A DNA stretch of 64,000 bases, taken from contig OZ218961.1 of assembly GCA_965112735.1 (NCBI GenBank), forward strand, positions 3,224,001-3,288,000, written 5' to 3'. The position numbers and the translations under genes are program-made. This DNA is from Phaeosaccion multiseriatum (lineage: Eukaryota; Protista; Ochrophyta, other classes). The notes under the pieces are model-generated. The model did not search any database. It was not told where the DNA came from and was given only the letters and a program-made list of their open reading frames with translations. Every line of letters begins with the position of its first letter. The first letter of the stretch is position 1. Below are positions 1 through 10,863 of this stretch, piece after piece.

Positions 1-177
1 AGAGAGAGAGGGAGGGGGGAAGGGGGGGGGGGGGGTTCATGGGCGAGGGCCGAGAGGCGCGAGTTCGTAGCAGTACGTAGCAGTATTGGCCCCCCTTCCC
101 CTTGGCTTTCATTCAGCCCCCTCCCCCCCCCCCCCTCTTCCCCCTCTTCCCCCTCTTCCCCCTCTTCCTCCTCTCAG

Positions 178-325
178 ATCGTGAAGCGGTTAGAGTTCTC
201 TAAGCGCCTGTCGGTGGCGTTTTTGGAGCATGCACAAGTAATCGCCAAATTCAAGAGGTTGGTCAGGACATGGTCAGGACAGGTCGTTGCTTTGGCCTAG
301 GCTTGGCCTTGTCACACGCACACAA

Positions 326-364
<39 letters not shown>

Positions 365-959
365 GAGAGAGAGAGAGAGACATGATACACACACGTGCAC
401 ACCTTTTGGCTTGTCTGTTTGTTAACGATCGCTTGTCTGTTTGATAACGATGGATCGCAGGTACCCGCACCGCAACAAGGCCGAGGGGAGGAGCACGTCT
501 CTTGAGGTTCGTGCTGTGCTGAGCCCTTCCTTGTCTTTCCTTTTCATTTCCTTCCCGCTCCTTCCCTTTGCCCTCCCTTCCCTTCCCTTCCCTTCGCGGG
601 TGTGAGAGTTGCTCTGTGATGATGACGTGGTGTTGTGCGTGAGAGAGTGAGTGCGTGAGTGCGTGAAAGTGCGCGTGAGTAATGTCAGCCATCTACTCCT
701 CAGTTGTGAAGTACCTCATCCACGCGTCGAAGCAAGTTTGGCTTGACCTGGCCTGGCCTGACTTGGCTTGGCTTGGCTTGGCTTGAAAGCGATAGAATGG
801 AGGCACCAACGCCCGTACCCCCCCCCTCTTGTGTCGTTGTGCCAGGAGCGCATCTGGCTCGCCAGCGACATCGTGCCGATCTGGGCCAAGAGCCAAAACC
901 CCAGCGACGCCAAGTCCCTGCTCCCTGCCATCCCCCTCAAGAAGCTCATCAAGCGCTAA
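178..959 (+). CDS. DUF924 family protein, 3' exons only (5' part lies before the window)
   Basis: GT-AG exons 178-257, 461-506 and 846-959 join in frame to EHAQVIAKFKRYPHRNKAEGRSTSLEERIWL, matching the DUF924 signature H..II.RFGRFPHRN..LGR.ST.EE. Confidence 0.75.
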
Positions 960-2370
960 AGTGACGTCATGTCATCTCATCTCATCAAGCGTCAACAAGT
1001 CAATGGCCCAGGCCTAGGCCATTTTCCAACCACAGACAGGCGTTACTGTTGTTACTGTCGTTTAGTAGGTAGGTAGGTTAGGACCGATAGAAAGGAGCAC
1101 TTACAAGTGGGTTTAGCGCATGATTGAAAAGCAAGGACGCAAGCGTAACTGTAGCAGAGGGAGGGGAGAGGCTGCTGCCAGGCAGTAATCCTTACGTGCT
1201 ATTAAGTAATCTTTACGTGCTATTACGTGTATGTGTACGTGCCGTACGTAACTAGCACCGCATCCCAGCGACGGCAGCAGAAGGCGTGGGAACTGCTGCG
1301 CGGCTGGGGGAGAGGATGGCAGTGGATGGAGGTGCGTTCCTCCTTCCTCGCTGCGATGAGAGGCAGGGCTCCTGAGCCCTGTGCTTAACCTTCCTTCCTC
1401 CTCCATCCACTCCCCCTTTCTTCTTTCCATTTCTTCTTCCTTCTCTTCTTTATTCTTTACTGTAATAGAACTATGAGGTTAGATTGGTGACCTTCCCCTC
1501 TTCTTTCAATCCGACCCTCTAAAGCTTGCCCCCTTCCCCCCCCCTAAAGCATGGCAAGGTGTGGAGCTGTTCGTCGCCCACCCCTGTGCCCATACGCCTT
1601 TGTGCTCTCTGTTGCTGTCCAAGTACATACTCAAAACTGCCTTGGCAAACGCACGCCTGTGCCCTATCCTAACAACTACCCTGTATCACCAACTGCCCTG
1701 CCTAAGTCTGCGCTCTCAACTCGCCTTGTCCGTGTTTGCATGTGTAGGTTGGTCCCATGCCCGTATTCCCTTGGATGAACAGGCCTTGTCTCACGCGTGT
1801 TCATCAACACAGGACAGACGTACGGCTAAAGTTCAAGTTCCAAACGCAAACATGAGCTCTTCAAAGGAGCTTCTTCCTCAATCAAGGTGACACAGCAGAA
1901 CATCTTTTTTTCCTTCTGTGTATCCGCCACCCCCTTGGAGGCTTCATTACAGCCCCTCCCCTCCCTTCGAATCGCACACGCGCACTCACGCCGCCATAGT
2001 GATACGTGAAACTCAGACTTGTGAGGAGCGGAGCCTTCTTCCCTTCACCCTCCCTCTTCCCAATGTGCCGTGTTTCGCTCCGTCCCTCCCTGCCTCTCTC
2101 TGTACATCCCCCCCCCCCCCCGACCCATCCCCTCCCCGGGGGGTGCGGCGGTTGGGTGTGCCCGCCCGCCCCCTCCCTTCTTTTAAAAACAAGGGTACTT
2201 GTTTTAAATCCTTCCTCTTTCATCCTATAAACAAAACAAAAACCCAAATTGTATCCCTCTCCCAAACGCCATCCAATGCCATCGAATGTCCGTCCACTTT
2301 GGAGAGTCGCTCTCGTCCGAAGAGGAAACAATCGGAGCCTTTCAGCTGCACCTCCCTCCCACCACCTTGG

Positions 2371-2494
2371 GCAGCCAAGCTGAGCAGCCAAGCTGAGCAG
2401 CCAAGCTGAGCAGCCAAACTGAGCAGCCAAGCTGAGCAGCCAAGCTGAGCAGCCAAGCTGAGCAGCCAAACTGAGCAGCCAAGCTGAGCAGCCA
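2371..2494. repeat. 13-bp minisatellite (GCAGCCAAGCTGA) x ~9.5, downstream of the CCT gene stop
   Basis: Direct reading; the variant GCAGCCAAACTGA occurs at copies 4 and 8. Confidence 0.95.
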
Positions 2495-2579
2495 ACCTCG
2501 CCCCCACTCCGTCCGTCTCCGTCCTCAGCTGAAACAAACACTTTGGCAAAGAAGCAAAGGCAGTGCTCTGCTGCTCAGC

Positions 2580-5147
2580 TCAGTAGGCGATGGAATGTCG
2601 CCTCACGCGATGCGGCCTCCTCTCTCCGTCCCCGTCTCCTTCTCCATGTGCCCCCCCCTCGCCAGGGTCGTCGCCCTCGTCGCCCTCCTCGTCGCCGTCT
2701 TCCTCCTCCTCTTCGTCCTCCTCCTCGTCGTCCTCGTCCTCGTCGTCCACCGCCCCCCCCTGCTGCAGCCCCTCTTGAGCGCTTCCCATGCTCGCCCCCC
2801 GTCTCCTCTTGTCCGCCACCGGCCTTCGCTTGGCCCCTGCCCCCGCCTTGGAGCCTGCCCTTGACCCTGCCCTCTTCCCCCCTCCCCTGGACGAAGGCGA
2901 TGCCATCCCACCGCTACTCCCACTGATGCTCCCACCCCCACCAGCCCGCTCCGCCTCGAGCACGGCCTTCTGCTGCGGAGACATTTTGACGAAGCGCCCC
3001 TTGACTCGCAGGCGCTTGTCGGCGAGGTTCTTGCGGCAGTTGTAGCGGATCTTTTTCCGCCACACGCGGCGAGTGCGCTTGTCTCTGTAGCGAGCGATGA
3101 TGGCCTCTCGTTCGCCCTTGGTGTAGATGCCGATGCGGCCGTTGCGGTTGTACACGTGGCAGTACTTGGGCAGCAGGTGTGGGAGGGAAGTGCTCGCTGC
3201 CCCCTCCCCTGCCCCCTCCCCTGCCCCCTCCCCTGCCCCCTCCCCGACCCCCCCCTGGCCGTCCTCCCCTCCCTCTCCCAGCTCCCCCCTTAGCGGCCTC
3301 AGATGCGCCCCCCTGCCCCCCCCTACCCCTGCCCCACCACCAATGTCACCGCCGCTGCCCATATGACTGGCGCTGCCCGCCTCTCCGCCGCCGCTGCCCC
3401 ACGCGAGGGTCCGCGCCCCCCCTGCCCCCGCCCCCCCTGGGACCCCGAACCCCCCTGGGACGCCGCCGCCCCCTGGAGCGAAGCTGCCGAGCTCCTTGGC
3501 GGCCTTCATGGACCTGAGCTCCTGAATGGCAAAGTCTTCGCTTACAGTCCTCCCTCCCGCTCCCCCGCCACCCCCCTCGCCCTCCGTGGTGTCCTGCTCC
3601 TCATCGATGGAGGCGAAGGTGCTAATGATGGCTCCTATCCCGCCCCCCACCTCCCCCCCGGCCCCCCTGCCTCGCATGAAGCTGCGAATGCCGTCCTTCT
3701 CCATGCCCTCCGGACAGGAGATGGAGCGGGGCCGTCTGGGGGGGAGGCGGAACTCCTCCTCCATCTTGTTGTTGTTCACCTCCGCGTCGTCGCCATCGAG
3801 GGTGCCCTCACCACGGCCCCTCCCAAGCTGGCTGCTGCTGGCTCTCGTGCCCCGCCTGCGCGTGTTGTGTCCATGTTGCTGCGGCTGCTGCTGCTGCTGC
3901 TGTTGCTGACCCTGCCCCTGCTGCTGCTGTACCACCAACTGCCGCGGTCTCGGCACTCGCTCCGTGGCGTTGGCCCTAGTGGCCGTCCCCCCCGTCCCCC
4001 CCGTCCCGCCTTCCCTGAGGCCGAGCAGCTCCTGCGTGGCAAGGTGCGCCAAAGAGCTCAGCATACCGCCGAAAGGGCTCAGTGGCGACGGAGTGGCAGC
4101 CGCAGCCCCAGCGCCAGTCTCAATGTCGGCGGTGTCGACTCCCCGCGCCCCTCCGTCCCCTTCCCTCTTTACAACGCCAACGCCTCCGCCGCTCCCTTCA
4201 CTCGGCTTGTCGGCCGCCCCGCTGCTGTCGGTCAGTCTGCTGCTGCCGCTGTCCACGGCCATGTCCACGTCCCCGTCTTCCTTGTAGGCCTGCGTGTCTG
4301 TACCTGAGCCCGCCACACCAGCAGTCCCCACAGGGGCAGTCGCCATGAGCCCCCCTGCCCCCCCTGCCCCCCCTGCCCCTGCGGCAGCCCCCGCGCCCAA
4401 GGCCCTCTGTCCCTTCCCTTCCCACAAGGGCTCCGAACTCGGAGCGGCCCTCTCCGCCGCTGCCTGAAATAGACAGCCCAGCGGCCCTTTGGGCTCGGGC
4501 CCGGCCCACTCCTGCCCAGCCCATGGCCTTGCAGCCACCGCAGCCGTCGGAGTCCCTAATGGAGCTCCCCCGTGCTCTTGGCTGTGCTCTTGGCTACCGC
4601 CGCTGCTACTTGTACTGCCAGCGTTCGCACCACTTTGATGTGCCACCGCGTGCCCCGCTGCCAGCGTGGTGCTGGGGTCGTCCGTCTCCATCTCACTCGA
4701 CCCCTCGTGCTGCTGCAGAAGCTGCTGCTGCTGCTGCTGCTGTTGCAATTGCTGCAATTGCTGCTGTGCGGGGCCGCGCGCTGCTAGGTCGTCTTCCATC
4801 TTCTGCCCGGCCTGGGCCAGGGCGGCCGCGAAGCTTCCATGGTGCGTCTCGTGGGGAGACATGCTCGGGGGCGAGGGCGACAGAGAGGAGCACGCACGAG
4901 AGGCGCCTCTGCTGCAATCGCCATCGCCGGCGGTGCTGCTGTCGCTCACGCTCTCCGTGGCGCTGCTGTTCTCAATCACGCCCCGGATCCCTCCCTCAGC
5001 CCCCACTTTGGCCACTGATTCTGCCACCCCGTGCTCTCTCACGCGGCCGTGGGGTGGCGGTGGTCCATTTCCTTCCCCGCTGCTTGTCGCAGGATTCACC
5101 TGCGGTGCACTGGGGAGGTTCCCCAGTGCTGCCGGTTCTTGCGTCAT
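2580..5147 (-). CDS. CCT-domain protein, intronless, otherwise low complexity
   Basis: 855-aa ORF with IGIYTKGEREAIIARYRDKRTRRVWRKKIRYNCRKNLADKRLRVKGRFVK, a CCT (CO/COL/TOC1) motif. Confidence 0.88.
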   Translation of the reverse strand: MTQEPAALGNLPSAPQVNPATSSGEGNGPPPPHGRVREHGVAESVAKVGAEGGIRGVIENSSATESVSDSSTAGDGDCSRGASRACSSLSPSPPSMSPHETHHGSFAAALAQAGQKMEDDLAARGPAQQQLQQLQQQQQQQQLLQQHEGSSEMETDDPSTTLAAGHAVAHQSGANAGSTSSSGGSQEHSQEHGGAPLGTPTAAVAARPWAGQEWAGPEPKGPLGCLFQAAAERAAPSSEPLWEGKGQRALGAGAAAGAGGAGGAGGLMATAPVGTAGVAGSGTDTQAYKEDGDVDMAVDSGSSRLTDSSGAADKPSEGSGGGVGVVKREGDGGARGVDTADIETGAGAAAATPSPLSPFGGMLSSLAHLATQELLGLREGGTGGTGGTATRANATERVPRPRQLVVQQQQGQGQQQQQQQQPQQHGHNTRRRGTRASSSQLGRGRGEGTLDGDDAEVNNNKMEEEFRLPPRRPRSISCPEGMEKDGIRSFMRGRGAGGEVGGGIGAIISTFASIDEEQDTTEGEGGGGGAGGRTVSEDFAIQELRSMKAAKELGSFAPGGGGVPGGFGVPGGAGAGGARTLAWGSGGGEAGSASHMGSGGDIGGGAGVGGGRGAHLRPLRGELGEGGEDGQGGVGEGAGEGAGEGAGEGAASTSLPHLLPKYCHVYNRNGRIGIYTKGEREAIIARYRDKRTRRVWRKKIRYNCRKNLADKRLRVKGRFVKMSPQQKAVLEAERAGGGGSISGSSGGMASPSSRGGGKRAGSRAGSKAGAGAKRRPVADKRRRGASMGSAQEGLQQGGAVDDEDEDDEEEDEEEEEDGDEEGDEGDDPGEGGAHGEGDGDGERRPHRVRRHSIAY

Positions 5148-5892
5148 AGTGCAGCTCTTGCCCTCTGCATCGCCACTTCACAGCAGCAGAGGAGCGACCA
5201 GTAGCGATCGCTTAGCTCTTTTGTGAGAGAAGACGTGCCAATGCGCGTTGCCCCGGAGACAGTCTGTGGCGTGATGCTCGCCGGGCACCGCCTCCTCGTC
5301 CTCCCCCACCCACGCTGCTGCCGCAGTGAGCGTGAAGAGCACGCTTCCTAGGGTGGAAGGAACATGCCGGCCAAGAGATGGACGGGGGCGAAATATAAAG
5401 TAAGGGTTAAGAAAGCGCGGGGTCGAGGGCACGAACGAAGAAAAGAGACGGAGCAAAGGCGGAAAACGCGGAAAGTTTGCTGCACAGAGGAACATCCACC
5501 TCAGGATCTCTTCCCTGGCCAGGAGGCGGCGAAGTTGGGGCTCGAGGAGCGGGCTCATCAGGCGTGAACGGCTTTGAAACAGGAGGGAAAGAGATTCAAT
5601 TGTGGCCAATTCCACACAAATATTCTTCTGAACAAACGGCCCGTCCACGCCAGTAAACTATGCACACCTTACTCACTTGCTTTCCCTCTTTCTCCTTCTC
5701 TCTCCCTCTCTTTCTTTTGTTCAAAGGCTCCCGTTCTGCTGCTATGGGCTCGATTTTCATATTTCCCGATTCTCCCAAGGGGGGCTGCCGATATGCTGCC
5801 AAATTGGACTATCCCCCGGTGGGTATGCAGCCAATTTGTGGGCGCGGCTCGTCTGGGCTTGGCGTGCTCAGTTTGCTTGCTCTTGTTGCAAG

Positions 5893-7364
5893 ATGGGTAA
5901 GGTCATCAGAGGATGCCGTAAGGGCAAGGGCGGCATTTTCAAGTCGCACACGCGGCTTCGCGTTGGGGCCCAAAAGATGCGCAAGTACGACTACGCTGAG
6001 AGGCACGGGTACATCAAGGGCGTGGTGAAGGAGATTGTGCACGAGCCCGGAAGGGGCGCTCCCCTGGCCAAGGTCCAGTTCCAGAACCCCTACGTGTTCA
6101 AGCGCGACAACGAGCTCATGGTGGCGGCAGAGGGCATGTACAGCGGACAGTTCATCTACTGCGGACAGAAGGGTCAGTCGACAAAGGAGGGTGACGGGGC
6201 GAGGGGGGGAGGGCTCGCTGCTGTAACGGCGCGAGCTCTCTTCCCTGCGCCCTTGTTACGATGTTCATGTATGCACCTTGCGCTTATGGGTGGCTCCCGA
6301 TAAGGCGCCTGCAACCCCGGCAGGGAAGGGCCCCGCTCAGACTCTTGTGGCATGACTCGCTCGCGCTCTGCCACAGAGCAGAGGGCCCTAGCGACGCTCG
6401 CTAGTGTGTTTCGTCGGGCCGCAGGCCGCATGCACTAGCGACACTTGCCGGTGGTGAAGTTTTGATGGGTGGCTCCCGACAACAGCTGGTGCTGTGAACG
6501 GCGGAGTGTTTGGCGAGAGAGGGGGGAGGGGCGATGCGAATGAGGCACACGAGGGGAGGACCAGCAGTTTCCGACCTTTCCAGTGTGAGGGGCAGGGCTG
6601 CTGGCCGCCTCGCATGCTGATCTTGCCGCTGCTTTCCCCGGATCTCGCTTTCCTCCAGCCCACTCGATGGATGGCACCCGATAACAGCCTGGACTTTTGT
6701 GATGTAGGGGGTGGGGGCGGCAGGGAGAAGTGGAGATATGTGTCATGGGATGCCGTCTGTGAAGTGAAGGAAATTCGGGTGGTCGCTCCGTGCGTGATTC
6801 TCCCTCCTCGGCATCCCCCCTCCCCCACTCCCTCACGCCTTCTCTCTCCCTTTACGCCCTCCCCCCTTTCCCTCCACAGCCCAGCTCAACGTGGGCAACA
6901 TCATGCCCATCGGCCACATGCCCGAGGGGTCCGTGTGCTGCAACCTCGAGGCCTCGCCTGGAGACCGCGGCACCTTCGCCCGCGCCTCTGGAGACTACGT
7001 CGTGATCATCACCCACGACGAGGACCGCGGAACTTCCCGAGTCCGCCTGCCCTCCGGCAACAAGAAGACCATCAAGAGCACTTGCCGCGCCATGGTGGGA
7101 ATCGTCGCCGGCGGAGGAAGGACTGACAAGCCCATCCTCAAGGCGGGCCGTGCCTACCACAAGTACCGCGTCAAGCGCAACGAGTGGCCCAAGGTGCGAG
7201 GAGTTGCCATGAACCCTGTGGAGCACCCCTTCGGAGGAGGTAACCATCAGCATATCGGCCACCCCTCGACGAGCAACCGTCTGGCCTCGGCCGGGCAGAA
7301 GGTCGGTCTCATTGCCGCCCGCCGCACCGGTCGCCTTCGCGGCACCAAGAAGGAGGAGGCCTAG
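5893..7364 (+). CDS. RPL8: 60S ribosomal protein L8 (uL2); exons 5893-6172 and 6880-7364
   Basis: [16 protein letters not shown]...[10 protein letters not shown]...[25 protein letters not shown]...[11 protein letters not shown]; phase-1 GT-AG intron 6173-6879. Confidence 0.98.
6191..6693 (+). ncRNA. Putative structured intronic RNA element(s) in the RPL8 intron
   Basis: Several long imperfect hairpins and three copies of ATGG(G/A)TGGC(T/A)CCCGA at 6286, 6465 and 6667; the intron lacks the microsatellites typical of other introns here. Confidence 0.5.
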
Positions 7365-7955
7365 AGCAGCTCAGCGAGCAGAGCGGACGAAGGCCCAGCC
7401 ACAAGCGACAAGCATAAGTACGGCCCTGGCCCTGCTAACTAAAAGGAATCAAGGCCTTGGTTGCAAGCAAAACGAAACGAAACGAAACGAAAGGAGTGTG
7501 TCTCTCTGGCCATGATGAGAGATGTGTCATCTTCATCTTCATCTTCATAAGCGAAGTGAAGCTGCAATCATGCGTGGGGCCGACCGCAATAGCAGCTCTG
7601 TGTGTGGGGGCGTCCGTGAAGGGCTCTGAGCCGTTACTACTCGCACTTAACTCGTGCGTAGTTGACTATCCCTTTTTTTTATCTCTTTACTTGAAAGCTG
7701 TGTGGATGTGTGTGTGTAGAGCGCTCTTCCTTTAGCGTCTCCTCAACCTCACCATCGTACCGTGCAGGGCAAGTGTGATCGTATCGGACAGGGCACGTGT
7801 GACTAACGGGCCCAGTGCGTTGGTGGCCGAGACAGCAAGAGAGCTCCCTCAACGGCCAGTCAGCCAGTCAGTCAGTCAGTCAGTCAGTCAGGCGCTTCCC
7901 TACTGCCTTCGAGTGGGGGGCAGTACTTCACAGCACGCAAGCGCCCGTCTCTCTC

Positions 7956-8655
7956 TCATTCGCAGTTGAGTAGGCCCTTGAACCTGTGAGTAGTGTGCGA
8001 GAGGCGAGAGGGAGCAAGAGGGCGGACGGAGGAAGGAGAATGCGGCGCGGCGCAAGCGGTGCGTCCGGTAAGAGACCGTACCACACACAAAGAGTACACA
8101 TTCATTTCATGTCAGCCCATGCCTACACACTCAACGCCGTGCACAAAAGCCATGGAATGGAACAGTCTCCCCCCCCCCTGCGCTCCCCCTCCTCACCCCC
8201 CTGCCTGCTCTGACCTGTCCGTCATCATGAGCGGGTTGGCGAGCTCCCTGCAGATCTCCTTGGTGAGCACGATGGGAGTGTGCAGCCCCGACCCCTTGCT
8301 GTGCCGGCCCACCCCCGCCTTGCCGAGCGGACTGAGGGGTGAAGGCATGCGACGCCCCTCCAGTCCCACCACTGTCACCACACGCGGGCTGCTTAGGCCT
8401 GGGCCCCGGCCGTAGGAGGGCTGAGGAGAGGAAGGGCACGAGTAAGGGCTACAGCAGCTGCTGTTGGCACTGGAGCTCTTTCTCCGCCGTCCAGGACTTT
8501 TGCTGGCCCGCCTGCTGCTGCCGCCGGTGCTGCTCCCCCTCGATGCGGCACCTCCTCTTGTGCCTGCTTTCTCTGCTCTCGGCCGCGCCCTCGTTGTTCG
8601 CTCCTCGCGCGTCTCAGGCCTTTCGCTACGAACACTCCACTGGCCTGGACCCAAG

Positions 8656-8703
<48 letters not shown>

Positions 8704-9030
8704 ATCACCAACTGCTGCTGCTGCGTGTCGTCGTTCAGAGGGCCCTCAGCAGCGTCGAGGCTGAGGGGCTGCGGCTCTCCCGCTGGCCCTCCTCCTGCTC
8801 CTGCTCCTGCTGCTCCTGCTCCTTTCCCTCTTTCTCGTGCTTCTTTCTCTGCATGTCCTTCACTGCTCTGCTGCTGCCCCTGCGCTCCCCCCCCCGGGGA
8901 GTCGCCCCCCTGGGCCTGCTGCAGCACGAGCTCCGAGGGGTTACGAAGGATGGACAGAGAGGCGGAGGGGTTGAGAAGGATGGACAAAGGCGCACCCACG
9001 CTCACGCCCGGGGCTGCTGCTGTATCACCA

Positions 9031-9062
<32 letters not shown>

Positions 9063-10073
9063 CTCACCGCTGACCAGGGACGTGTTCTCTGATGCTACTT
9101 GTCTGTTCTGCTCCACCTCCACCACCATGGGAAGGGTAGGCTCCGAGACCATGGAGTCCTCGCCACTCAGTCCTCCCGTTGATGTTACTCCTACGGCTGC
9201 TGCTGATGATGATGCTGCTTCTCCTGCACCTTCTTCGAGTGCGGCCGGCAAGACCGCAATGGTCAGCTGCGGTAGGGGTGGGCACTGCTCGGGAGGAGGA
9301 AGCGTGCCCTCCCCAACCTCGCCATCCTCCCCCTCCTCCCCCTCCTCCCGACCAAGGTCAACGCGGGCAACATTGCTGGCGCCCTCCTTTCCTGCCATCT
9401 CCTCCCCCCCGAAGCGCTCCTCCTTCTCCCGCGTAGGAGCACTCGCAGTCTCGAGGCGGAAGCCCTCCTCCTTGTCCCCCCCCCGATAGTGCTCCACCAC
9501 CTGCACGACTTGTTGGTGGCTCGCCAAGCCCTTGAACTGCTGCCGACCCATCTCGAGCACGTCCGCGAGGACCGTCCCGTACGAGGCTCCCGCCTCCATG
9601 ACGGGTCTCGCTCGCTTCCTCTTGGCAGCGTCGAGCTTGGCCGTGGACACGCTGACAGCCAACTCCCCGGAGATGGGGTGGTCGGTGGTGGGGGCGATCC
9701 ACGTCAGCCCAACGCGGTCCTGGAGAAGCCACGCGTCGTCGCGGCCCTTCTTGGCGATGCGCGCCCGCCCCAGCAGAGCCCTCTCCTGCGTGCCCACCTC
9801 CTTGGCGGCGGGGCCCTGCAGCAGCTGCGCCGTCTTCAGGTGCATCTCCTCGAGGTTTCCAAACTCACCGGAGGAGAGAGGGTGGGCGAAGGCGCGAGTG
9901 ATCGTCTGCGTGCCCACGCCGCCCTTGCTGCTTCTGCCCCCCGCCCTCCCAAAGCCGTGTGTAAAGCCCGGCAAGAGAGGGCCGGGGCTTAGCCTCAGGA
10001 TATGTCTGGCATTGTACAGAGGCGCGTCCAAGGGGACCACACGCTCCCCCGTACCACTCTTGGTGGGATCCAT
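7956..10073 (-). CDS. Hypothetical protein (~630 aa) with a possibly globular N-terminal third and an acidic/Q/S-rich remainder
   Basis: 626-aa ORF 8193-10073; a likely phase-2 intron 7984-8214 gives a terminal exon 7956-7983 (...MMTDRFKGLLNCE*). Confidence 0.65.
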
Positions 10074-10250
10074 GATGGCAGCAGTGGCCGCTACCGGAAG
10101 GTTCAGTTCGGATGAGTGAGTTGCGGGGGAAAAGGAGAAAACTCACGGTTTCGTCGTCGCCAACCCCGGCGTCAAAAGGGACATCGGGTGCCGTCCGCCG
10201 TCCATCCAAAAAGTCGTTACGTTTCTGGGATAGGATTGGCAAAAACAAGC

Positions 10251-10391
10251 GGACGTCCCAAGGACGCGTCGGGGTGTTCGGACGTCCCGGGACGTCCGAG
10301 CGGCGCCCGTCCGAGGCACGTACATTAGACGGGTCGTGCTTTGGCCGAGAACGCGTGCGGACGTCCCCCGTACGGGCGCAAGTGGACGTCC
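10251..10391. promoter_or_regulatory. Cluster of five GGACGTCC palindromes upstream of the 10073 start codon
   Basis: Copies at 10251, 10280, 10290, 10359 and 10384; 10278-10299 is a perfect 22-bp palindrome. The regulatory role is inferred. Confidence 0.45.
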
Positions 10392-10521
10392 CGTGGGCGT
10401 GTGCGTGGGCCGGGCGGCGGAGGGGCGTGAAGCCGAGAACAGCGGGCGCGGTGTCTGGTTGGGTTTGGATAATACATTGACTTTCAAAACAATACACAGC
10501 GGTTGTGTACGTCCCACTATA

Positions 10522-10617
10522 CTACCTGCTAGTATCGCCGGCTGCTTCCAGCCGGCGTGCTATCTGCTACCAGCCGGCTTCAGGCGACGTGCTACCTGCT
10601 ACCAGCCGGCGGCCAGT
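10522..10617 (-). repeat. GGTAGCAGGTAGCA-type intergenic element, copy 1
   Basis: Repeated TGCTA(C/T)CTGCTACCAGCCGGC units; the reverse complement of 10590-10617 matches 36462-36489 at 26/28. Confidence 0.7.
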
Positions 10618-10863
10618 GGCGTGTTACTGGGCCCTGCGGGCCCGGTAGATATTGAAAGGAAAATTCAATTAAATATCTACTGGAACACCAACTGGATGGA
10701 ACCCGACAGGCATCCGACAACCGACCAACCTTCTGCTGCCGCCCCCCCTCCCCAGCTTCTACAGTTGTATGCCTCCTCCCTTCTGCCCGCCCGCCGTGTA
10801 TGTACACACCGCCTCCCGCGCACTCACGAGGTGACACTCTCACCCCTCTGAATATATAGTATC

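Noticed and set aside
703-735. Possible extra DUF924 exon
   Set aside because: Direct joining of 506 to 846 restores the STxEE motif in frame; adding this segment disrupts it.
6286-6681. RPL8 intron stem-loops as SECIS elements
   Set aside because: Intronic, lack the AUGA core and AA apical loop, and RPL8 has no in-frame UGA.
3303-9489. Long Cys/Pro/Leu-rich plus-strand ORFs (e.g. 3303-4307, 4666-5226, 8464-9489)
   Set aside because: Antisense shadows of GC-rich poly-Q/A/G genes on the minus strand.
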